A stretch of DNA of 64,000 bases from the NCBI GenBank assembly GCA_964505305.1, contig CAZDHE010000001.1, forward strand, positions 95,967 to 159,966, written 5' to 3'. Source of the DNA: an uncultured Bdellovibrionales bacterium. GTDB lineage: Bacteria; Patescibacteriota; Minisyncoccia; Moranbacterales; DUUL01. Below the pieces are notes generated by a model. The model was not told where the DNA came from. It ran no database searches and saw only the letters and a program-made list of their open reading frames with translations. The translations under genes and the position numbers were made by a program. This document shows, in pieces, positions 9,525-17,218 of the stretch. The first letter of the stretch is position 1, and each line of letters opens with the position of its first letter.

Positions 9525-10505
9525 TTATTTAAAGTATTTCTCTTTTTTTAGATTATAACTTACTTCTTCGGATACTTTGCGATTAGAGCGGATCATATCG
9601 GCTATTAAGGCAAATACCAATAATTGAATGCCAAGCAACAGGGAAATGGAGCCGAAGAAGACATAATTAAGATAAGGGGAAATCTTAAAATTTTGTATAT
9701 AATTTAGAAAGAAAAAACCATAACTGATTAAGGCCACAAAAATAAAAAACAAGCCCGGCCAGCCAAAAAATTTTAGGGGGCGCACATCTCGAATAGCCTT
9801 TAGAATAATTTTAAAGGAGTTATTAATGAACTTCCAAATGGATTTGGTCATTTTAGACTCCCTGTCTTCAAAATAAGTTACTTTTACCGGCACCCATTGA
9901 AGTTTTAAGTTCTTCCCGATAGCGTCTATAATAGTTTCTTGGGTGTAAGTAAAAACGCTGGCTATATTTAGCCTTAACATTGTTTCTCTGTTGTGAGCTC
10001 GAAATCCGCAAGTGAGGTCATCAATTTTATGATTCAAGAAAAATCCAATAATTCCGGCGGCAAAGCGATTTAAAAAATCTTTAATCCAAGGAATATCTTT
10101 AGCTTCATGCTTGCCAAATCTATTAGCAATAGTCATATCGGTTTTTCCTTCCAAGATGGGTTGAATAAGCTTGGGTATATCTTCGGGGTCGAATTGGCCG
10201 TCTGCGTCAATGTTAACCATAATATCAGCCCTTTGCTTCAAGGCGTTTTCCAGCCCGGTTTTGAAGGTGATTCCCAATCGGCGGTTAGTTTCGTGGGAAA
10301 TAACTATGTCGGCTCCGGATTTTTTGGCTAATTCGGCTGTTTTGTCCGCAGAGCCATCATCAACCACTTGAATAAGTTTTTTTTCAAAAACTTGCCCCGA
10401 TTTTTTTTTGTAAAAATCGCTTTCAAAACTCTTTTTAATTCTTTGAATAGTTTTTCCTATAGCTTTTTCTTCATTGTAGGCAGGTATGTTTACAATCAAG
10501 ATCAT
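9525..10505 (-). CDS. Glycosyltransferase family 2 (DPM1-like) with C-terminal TM helices
   Basis: IPAYNEE, VVDDGSAD, DADGQF, DLTCGFRA; two C-terminal TM helices. Confidence 0.92.
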   Translation of the reverse strand: MILIVNIPAYNEEKAIGKTIQRIKKSFESDFYKKKSGQVFEKKLIQVVDDGSADKTAELAKKSGADIVISHETNRRLGITFKTGLENALKQRADIMVNIDADGQFDPEDIPKLIQPILEGKTDMTIANRFGKHEAKDIPWIKDFLNRFAAGIIGFFLNHKIDDLTCGFRAHNRETMLRLNIASVFTYTQETIIDAIGKNLKLQWVPVKVTYFEDRESKMTKSIWKFINNSFKIILKAIRDVRPLKFFGWPGLFFIFVALISYGFFFLNYIQNFKISPYLNYVFFGSISLLLGIQLLVFALIADMIRSNRKVSEEVSYNLKKEKYFK

Positions 10506-10529
10506 TTTTTAAAATTATTATTTATAAAA

Positions 10530-11816
10530 TTAATGCCTTCCGATGCCGTGGTAGAGAATGCCGAACTTTTTAATTTTTTCTCCGTCCAAAGAATTCATTC
10601 CGTCTACCACCACTTTAATATTTTTTCCTTTAATTTTTTCTTCAACGCCTTTAAAATCATTATGATTAGTGATTAACAACAAAGCTTGGGATTTGTCAAT
10701 TAATTCGTCCAGACTTTTAACATCAGAGTCTTGAGGTAGGTAAGGATCAAACTTAATTGATCTGGCCCCCTTTTTTTCTAATTCTTCCAATATTTTGAAC
10801 ACGGGGGACTCGCGCAAGTCGTCTATATTAGCTTTATAGGAAAGCCCCAAGATGCCTACCCCGGTATTTTTTAAAGGCATTTCGGCTTCATTTAAAAGGT
10901 CTTGTAGTAGCTTGACCGTATAAAAAGGCATATAATTGTTGATTTCTCGAGCGGCTTTTAGAAATTTATGGCTAAAACCTTTTCTCTTGGCTTGTTCGAT
11001 TAAATAATAAGGATCCACCGGGATGCAGTGCCCCCCGACTCCTCTGCCCGGATAGTGGGCCATAAAAGCAAACGGCTTAGTGGCAGCTCCATCGATAACA
11101 TCTTTAACGTCTATTTCCATTTGATCGAAGCTTTGGGCCAATTCATTTACGAAAGCTATGTTGATATCCCTAAAAGAGTTTTCCACAACTTTAACCGCTT
11201 CAGCCTCCCGAATATATTTCATCGGTTTTATTTTCCCGTCGATAATGGATTCATAAAAAGATTTGGTTTTTGATAGTCCCTTTTGAGACATTGAGCCCAC
11301 CACTCTGGAAATATTGCTTACATCCCATTTTTTGTTTCCGGGGTCTATTCTTTCCGGACAGTGGGATAAGTAATAATCCCGACCTTCTTCCAGCCCTTCT
11401 CTTTTAAAGATGGGCTCTATTACCTCTTCGCAAACTCCGGGATTGATAGTGGATTCCATAATAACCAGTCGTCCCGGCTTGTGATTTTTGATGGCGGTTC
11501 TAATCGCCCCTTTGACCGGCTTAAGGTCGGGGTAATAGTCTTTGTCTATCGGGGTGGGAACACAAATAACCAAGATGTCGGCATCTTGGATAACCTCAGA
11601 GTTGTCTGAAACTTTTAATTGTTTCAAGAATTTTTTGCGTTTTTCAATAAATTCTTCAATAAAAGGACTTTTTCCCTGCTTAATCTTTTCTATTTTTTCC
11701 GGACTTAGATCAAATCCGGATACGGAATAACCCTTTTCTGCGCAAAGAACAGCCAAGGGAAGGCCTACATATCCAAGTCCTATTATTCCCACCTTTTCTT
11801 TTTTTTGTTCAGTCAT
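10530..11816 (-). CDS. Nucleotide-sugar dehydrogenase (UDP-GlcNAc/UDP-ManNAc dehydrogenase, WbpA/WecC family)
   Basis: GLGYVGLPLA, CVPTP, EST, PERIDPG, ENSFRDINIA, GVGGHCIPVDP, YKANIDDLRESP. Confidence 0.93.
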   Translation of the reverse strand: MTEQKKEKVGIIGLGYVGLPLAVLCAEKGYSVSGFDLSPEKIEKIKQGKSPFIEEFIEKRKKFLKQLKVSDNSEVIQDADILVICVPTPIDKDYYPDLKPVKGAIRTAIKNHKPGRLVIMESTINPGVCEEVIEPIFKREGLEEGRDYYLSHCPERIDPGNKKWDVSNISRVVGSMSQKGLSKTKSFYESIIDGKIKPMKYIREAEAVKVVENSFRDINIAFVNELAQSFDQMEIDVKDVIDGAATKPFAFMAHYPGRGVGGHCIPVDPYYLIEQAKRKGFSHKFLKAAREINNYMPFYTVKLLQDLLNEAEMPLKNTGVGILGLSYKANIDDLRESPVFKILEELEKKGARSIKFDPYLPQDSDVKSLDELIDKSQALLLITNHNDFKGVEEKIKGKNIKVVVDGMNSLDGEKIKKFGILYHGIGRH

Positions 11817-11902
11817 TTAAATTTTTAATTAGTTAAAGCGTTAATCTTATTTTGATTTACAACAATGATTTATAACAATAACACAATAAATTAATTTCTC
11901 AA

Positions 11903-11990
11903 TGAGGCTGTTTTCAAACACCATTTCGTTACAAAATTTAGTAAAAAAGGTGGAATTGTAGCGGGAACGGCGTTTGGAAACAGCCCCTCA
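11903..11990. repeat. Imperfect ~32-bp-arm inverted repeat upstream of the glycosylation operon
   Basis: tgaggctgttttcaaacaccatttcgttacaa versus ttgtagcgggaacggcgtttggaaacagcccctca. Confidence 0.7.
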
Positions 11991-12143
11991 ATAAAACTGT
12001 TTTTGAATTATTTTCCACACCGCTAATAATAATTTATCCTTGTCAGTATTAAGCGATTAAAAGTCAAATAAAAAAACCATCAAAAACCTTTTGATTTCAT
12101 CAGGACATCTTTGTCATTAAGCAAAATAAAGCTTTTTTGAAGC

Positions 12144-14642
12144 TTAATACTTAAAAACCAATAAATTATCTTCCTTATCTACAATATAAAACTTTTTTTG
12201 GTTAAAATCAACCTGAAAATCCTTGGATTTCTTAAATTTGTCATCGGCAAAGGATTCTAAAAAGTCTCCATTGTCTGTATCGAATTTTACTATTTTGCCA
12301 TTATCCTTGTCTAAAACAAAGAAGCTTTCTGCATCTACTCCCGCTTTAACCTTGAAGGGGGTGAATTCTTCCTCGGTCAAAGATGCCTTAAACATTTCTT
12401 TGCCTTGAAAGAATTTTGAAACAAATCCATCTTCAAAGGCAATGTAGATGGAGTCGCTCACGCTTATGTCTATCGCTTTTTCTATTTTTATAGGATTATC
12501 AAGCCATTTTACAGGACTTCCGAATCCGCCCGATGAGCGAGGGTAGCGATAAATCTGCCCGTCTTCTTTGTTGGGCAAGTATAAATATGTCAAATAAGTG
12601 CCCACTCCTTTGGAGTTGTCAAATCCAAAAGGTAGAGATATTCGATTGCTAAAAAAATTACCAGTTACCGGACTATAAGAAAAAATAGCCTCTTCAGATA
12701 CAACGAAGACAAGTTGCAGGGAAGGGATAGCGGCCAAGTAGCGAGGATTTTCAGCTTCCTCCGGCAGGGATATCTTAGTCTGGTTGTTTTCCGAGGGATT
12801 GAATTGAATGAGTTGGTCGTTCTCTGTCAAAAAAAATAAAATTCCTTCCATTTGAGTGGAGTTTTTAATTTTTTCTTTAAAGCTGGCAATCTGAGAAAGA
12901 TTATCCAATTGCTCTCCTACGTCCTTGACGGGTGTTTGCTTCTCGGAAGGGTTGTCGGCTTGGTTATGGGAGGGGTTTGATTTAGGGAAAAAATTTACTG
13001 CCAAGGCGGATACAACGCCCGCTAAAATAACAAACGAGACAGTAATAATAATTTTCTTTTTTCTTGTGTTAAGGCTTTGGTTCAATTTAGCCCAAAAAGA
13101 AGTGTTTTTAAATTTACTCCATAATGTTGAAAAATAACTTAACATTTTTTTTGGGTTAGCTTTTTTAAACTTACTGTTTATTATTGTTTTTAATTTTTCG
13201 AGGGAAACACTCTTTTTGGCTAATTTTTTTTCTGAATCTTTATTAAAAAAAGCAGCTATTTTATCCTTTTTGGCAGAAGCAGCCTTTTCACTTTTAGTTA
13301 CGGAAAAGCTTTTCTCCTTCTTTTCTTCTTGCTTTTCTTCATCCCTTTTGTCCTCGCCCTTTCCATTTCTTATTTTTTCGAAAAAATTTTGTAAAGCGTT
13401 TTTTGCTTGAGAATAAAGCCGGCAAAAGAGAGCTTGAATTTTTTTAAGCAAAAGAGTTGTTTTTTCGGTTAGGGATTTAAAGAAATTTTTAAGGCTAATT
13501 TCTTGAAAAAAAGATGATGCGCTTTTGCAAAGGGAGTCTTTTTTTTCTGTAATTTTATCCTTAATATCCCTAAATAAATCAGGCTTTAAGCGTTCTTCTT
13601 TTTCTTGCAACTCTTTTTCCAGGTCTTCCGGAAAGTCTTTTTCTTTAAGGTGAATTTCAGGCTCCTTTTCAAAGGGAGGTATGTCTTGATCGTATTCTTC
13701 TTGAGGGACTTCTTCTTTTTGTGTGCTTGGTTCTTCACCGGCCTCATCTTTCTTTTCTTTTATTAGACTTTCCATGTCTTCCTGCTCCACTAAGGTTTCC
13801 TGAAAATTATCTTGTTGATGAATTTCTTCTTTTTTCATATTTACCTGAGAGGATTTTTCTTTTTCGGTTTTTCCGAAAAAGTTTACATCTTTTTCTGATT
13901 TGGAGGTCTTTTCCGGAGAGTAATCTTTTTCTTCGGTTGGAAGCTTTTTTTCTTTAATATTGACGACAACTCCTCCCGTTTGATCTCCATCTGATTGAAG
14001 AGTAGAGCTTAGTATGTTGTCAAATTCATCTGAAGTGAAGGTTTTGGAGTGTCTTTCCATTTCCTCTTGAGAGAGAAACTCCAGGGCGTTTTCCGGGATA
14101 AGAATGATTTTGTCTCCGGGAAACAGTTTTCCTGAGGAGATACTGGAAAAGGTTTTAATGGGATGGGTGATGGAGTTTTGGTTTTCGTTGGGAGTAATAT
14201 CGGATAATTTTTTATCTCTCAAAAGAAGAACTTTTGCCCTGCCAACTTGGACAAAATGAAATTCTTCATTTTTAATTACTCCGATTGCGGCATTAAACCC
14301 GCCCATCCATTCGATTATTTCATGCTGAGCTAAGTCTGTTAGGGCTAAGTTGGCCTTGTGAAGAGCTTTTTCAAAACTTTCTCCGGTTTCTTGTTTGGGC
14401 GCTTTGAAAAATTCTCTTTTAATAACCTGGGTTAAGAGATTGGGAATGTATTCGGAATTTTTGCTGTGGTTTTCCACTTGGATGACACCAAAAACTTGCC
14501 CCAGTTTATTCTGGGCTACATTTTTACCTTCTAACTTGAATACATTTAAAAACGGCCTATGATCGGGATTTTTTACTGCGGTGACTTCGAAAGAATCCGC
14601 TTCGAGCAAGCTTTGCCCTTTCTCTTGGTTGGCTTTTTTCAT
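12144..14642 (-). CDS. Membrane protein: degenerate PP2C-like N-domain, charged linker, one TM helix, C-terminal beta-propeller-like domain
   Basis: PP2C-fold pattern (FHFVQVGRAKVLLLRD, SSGKLFPGDKIILI) without the catalytic Asp residues; TM IIITVSFVILAGVVSALAV; YLYL/IYI/FFVLD/FYIVD blade-like repeats. Confidence 0.65.
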   Translation of the reverse strand: MKKANQEKGQSLLEADSFEVTAVKNPDHRPFLNVFKLEGKNVAQNKLGQVFGVIQVENHSKNSEYIPNLLTQVIKREFFKAPKQETGESFEKALHKANLALTDLAQHEIIEWMGGFNAAIGVIKNEEFHFVQVGRAKVLLLRDKKLSDITPNENQNSITHPIKTFSSISSGKLFPGDKIILIPENALEFLSQEEMERHSKTFTSDEFDNILSSTLQSDGDQTGGVVVNIKEKKLPTEEKDYSPEKTSKSEKDVNFFGKTEKEKSSQVNMKKEEIHQQDNFQETLVEQEDMESLIKEKKDEAGEEPSTQKEEVPQEEYDQDIPPFEKEPEIHLKEKDFPEDLEKELQEKEERLKPDLFRDIKDKITEKKDSLCKSASSFFQEISLKNFFKSLTEKTTLLLKKIQALFCRLYSQAKNALQNFFEKIRNGKGEDKRDEEKQEEKKEKSFSVTKSEKAASAKKDKIAAFFNKDSEKKLAKKSVSLEKLKTIINSKFKKANPKKMLSYFSTLWSKFKNTSFWAKLNQSLNTRKKKIIITVSFVILAGVVSALAVNFFPKSNPSHNQADNPSEKQTPVKDVGEQLDNLSQIASFKEKIKNSTQMEGILFFLTENDQLIQFNPSENNQTKISLPEEAENPRYLAAIPSLQLVFVVSEEAIFSYSPVTGNFFSNRISLPFGFDNSKGVGTYLTYLYLPNKEDGQIYRYPRSSGGFGSPVKWLDNPIKIEKAIDISVSDSIYIAFEDGFVSKFFQGKEMFKASLTEEEFTPFKVKAGVDAESFFVLDKDNGKIVKFDTDNGDFLESFADDKFKKSKDFQVDFNQKKFYIVDKEDNLLVFKY

Positions 14643-14785
14643 AATAAAGTTTTTTATTTTCAGCTTGGTTTGATTATAAAATAGAATGAAAAAAAAATAA
14701 AGAATGCTTGGATAAAATTTTTCTTTTCGGAAAATGTTGAATCAGGGAAGTTGTTTCAAAAAAGCAAAGAGTTGTTTAATGCAAG

Positions 14786-15409
14786 CTATAAAAGAGAGGA
14801 TTGAGTAGATCTTTTTTCTTTTGGCGGCTCCTGTTTTTTATCCTTCTTGATTATCTCCAAGACTTTTGGTATTTTGCCAAAATCTTGCGCCAAAGTGCTT
14901 TTGAGATTGCCGTTATATAAAGCTGCCGCGGGGTGATAGCAAGGAAAAAATACCATTTTACCAAAGGGCGGAAATTCCTTGCGCAAAGCGCGCCCGTGGT
15001 GCCGGGTGATACTTGCCTTAGGTAGAAATCTTTGCAAACTGTGGCGCCCCAGCAAAACTATTAATTCCGGTTGAATTATAGAAATTTGTTTTTCCAGCCA
15101 TGGCCAGCAGGTTCTAACTTCGGCCGGCAGAGGATCCCGGTTTCCCGGCGGACGGCATTTAACTACGTTGGTAATATAAACATCTCCTCTTTTTAGGTTA
15201 TTTTGTTGCAGCATTTCATCCAAAAGCCTCCCGGCGGCTCCCACAAATGGTCGGCCTTGTAAATCCTCATTTTTGCCCGGCCCTTCTCCGATAAACATAA
15301 TTTCTGCCTTCGGGCTGCCTTCTCCGGGAACTGCGTAAGTTCTGCCAGCGGACAATTGACAGGATTGGCAAGATTTTATTTCTTTTTCTAATTCTTGCAG
15401 GGAAGTCAT
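14786..15409 (-). CDS. Uracil-DNA glycosylase family 4
   Basis: CQSC...GEGPG...[24 protein letters not shown]. Confidence 0.95.
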   Translation of the reverse strand: MTSLQELEKEIKSCQSCQLSAGRTYAVPGEGSPKAEIMFIGEGPGKNEDLQGRPFVGAAGRLLDEMLQQNNLKRGDVYITNVVKCRPPGNRDPLPAEVRTCWPWLEKQISIIQPELIVLLGRHSLQRFLPKASITRHHGRALRKEFPPFGKMVFFPCYHPAAALYNGNLKSTLAQDFGKIPKVLEIIKKDKKQEPPKEKRSTQSSLL

Positions 15410-15411
15410 TT

Positions 15412-15723
15412 TTAATCAATTTTATATTTAGAATTTCTTTTATCGGAAACCTTATTGAACTTTTCCTTTACTAAGTCCGATAGGGAATAACCCAGCCTGG
15501 TGCAGAGCAAGTCCGCATAGCCGACTACGTCGGCCACTTCCTCGGCAATATCTTTTTTGTCTATTTCTTCGCCTCGGCGGAGCTTTTTTATCTTGTTGCA
15601 GGCTTCGCCGCACTCGCCGGCCATAGCATTGCCCCAGTCCGAATAAGACCAGTCTTCCAGGTTGTGAAAAACCTCATTGCAACGCTTGGCGTTGAGTTCG
15701 GAAAATTTTTCGAAGTCAAACAT
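15412..15723 (-). CDS. MazG-like nucleotide pyrophosphohydrolase
   Basis: AGECGEACNKIKK...IAEEVADV (ExxE...ExxD). Confidence 0.85.
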   Translation of the reverse strand: MFDFEKFSELNAKRCNEVFHNLEDWSYSDWGNAMAGECGEACNKIKKLRRGEEIDKKDIAEEVADVVGYADLLCTRLGYSLSDLVKEKFNKVSDKRNSKYKID

Positions 15724-15793
15724 TAAAGTTTCTTAAAAATTATCAAAGATTATTTGCATTTTCATCAAGATGGAAAAAGTTGCTTTTTTGAAT

Positions 15794-15895
15794 TAAAGTC
15801 AAATCTCAAATCTCAAAAGTCAAAACCACAACTAAAAACTTAAAGTCGAACAGTTTTTAGTTTTAGCCTGTGTTTTGAGATTTGAGTTCACTTTA
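15794..15895. repeat. Heptamer-periodic imperfect inverted repeat (long hairpin)
   Basis: ctcaaatctcaaaa (15805-15818)/ttttgagatttgag (15873-15886); aactaaaaact (15830-15840)/agtttttagtt (15852-15862); taaagt/acttta at the ends. Confidence 0.75.
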
Positions 15896-15921
15896 TACTT
15901 TAAGGAAAATTGAGGGTTAAT

Positions 15922-16770
15922 TTACTTAAGAAATTCCAGAGTGGTCTTAATATCCTTTTTTATCTTATCATGCTTGGTCTCCAAATACAAATTGATGCCC
16001 AGTTCCTTAGCTTTTCTTGCTACAGCTTTTAATCCGATTTCGCCGATTTCGCCTTGCCCGATGTGTTCATGGCGATCTATGTGAGAATCTAAAGTGCTCT
16101 TGGAATCGTTAAAATGAATACAGTTTAGCTTTTTTAGTCCTATTTCTCGGTCTATTTCTTGGAAAGTTTCTTGAACCGCCTCCGGCGTTCTCAGGTCTTT
16201 TCCGGCCGCAAAAGCATGGCAAGTGTCAAAACAAAAACCAAGCTCTATTTTCGACTTGCCGGCTTCTTTTAAAAAATAAGAAAATTCCTCCAAATTATCT
16301 CCTATGATGCTTCCGCTTCCGGCGGCAATTTCAAGGCTTAAAACAGCTCTCCCTCGGTAGTCTTGTAGAACTTCCTTCAAGCCTTTAATAACCCTTTTTT
16401 TAATAGCTGGCCAATTTTCGTTTTTGTCCAGATCTTTTGAACTCCCCAAGTGAGTGATTACATAAGGACATTTTATTTGATTGGCTATTTCCAATTCTTC
16501 TTTTAAGACGCGGATAGAGCTTTTGTAAATTTTTTCTTCCCGGCTGGCTAAATTGATATAGTAGGGAGTGTGAATTATATAATCTTTGCCGATATTGAAA
16601 TTGTATTTTTTGCACTCATTAAAAAATTTTTGTTCGTCAATTTCTTTTCTTTTGCCTCCCCGGGGAGAACGGGTGAAAATTTGAAAACATTCGCATCCAA
16701 GAATTTGGGCGTTTCCGGGTGCATTTTCCACTCCGCCGGCAATGGAGACATGGGCACCAACTTTAGTCAT
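15922..16770 (-). CDS. nfo: Endonuclease IV (deoxyribonuclease IV)
   Basis: GAHVSIAGG, QIFTRSPR, HTPYYINLAS, DTCHAFAAG, HFNDSK, DRHEHIG. Confidence 0.95.
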   Translation of the reverse strand: MTKVGAHVSIAGGVENAPGNAQILGCECFQIFTRSPRGGKRKEIDEQKFFNECKKYNFNIGKDYIIHTPYYINLASREEKIYKSSIRVLKEELEIANQIKCPYVITHLGSSKDLDKNENWPAIKKRVIKGLKEVLQDYRGRAVLSLEIAAGSGSIIGDNLEEFSYFLKEAGKSKIELGFCFDTCHAFAAGKDLRTPEAVQETFQEIDREIGLKKLNCIHFNDSKSTLDSHIDRHEHIGQGEIGEIGLKAVARKAKELGINLYLETKHDKIKKDIKTTLEFLK

Positions 16771-17218
16771 AATCGGTAAAGGTTAGATTTCGTTATTATA
16801 TCAAAATTATACAATCAAAATAAAAACGCAGCAAGCAAAAAGGCGGTCAAATCAAAGTTTAATTGTTCTTTATTGCAATTTCGTTTTGTTAAACTTGTTA
16901 TTTAGTCTAAAAAATCTCTCTATCTGGAACTATTGGGAAAGATTGAAGCGTAGTTCTTTTTCAGCGGGATTCTTTAATTAGGTTGAACAAGATGAGAAAC
17001 ATTTTAGACATAGGTTTGATTTATGTTATTATTTATGCTATTCTAATTTGAGATTTATTGGGCGGATTCGAAGAAATTTTTCTGAAATCAACAATTTAAA
17101 ACAGCGCCAAGTCCTATTTTAAAGGCTTTTTTCAAATTAATTTTCTATGCCGAGACTTGGTTTTGAAAATAATTCAAAAAAAGAAAATCTCTAAATCTTA
17201 ATTTTTTGTCTTTTAAAG

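Noticed and set aside
16771-17218. LexA/SOS box between nfo and uvrA
   Set aside because: No GAAC-N4-GTTC or CTGT-N8-ACAG site was seen, only short unspecific inverted repeats.
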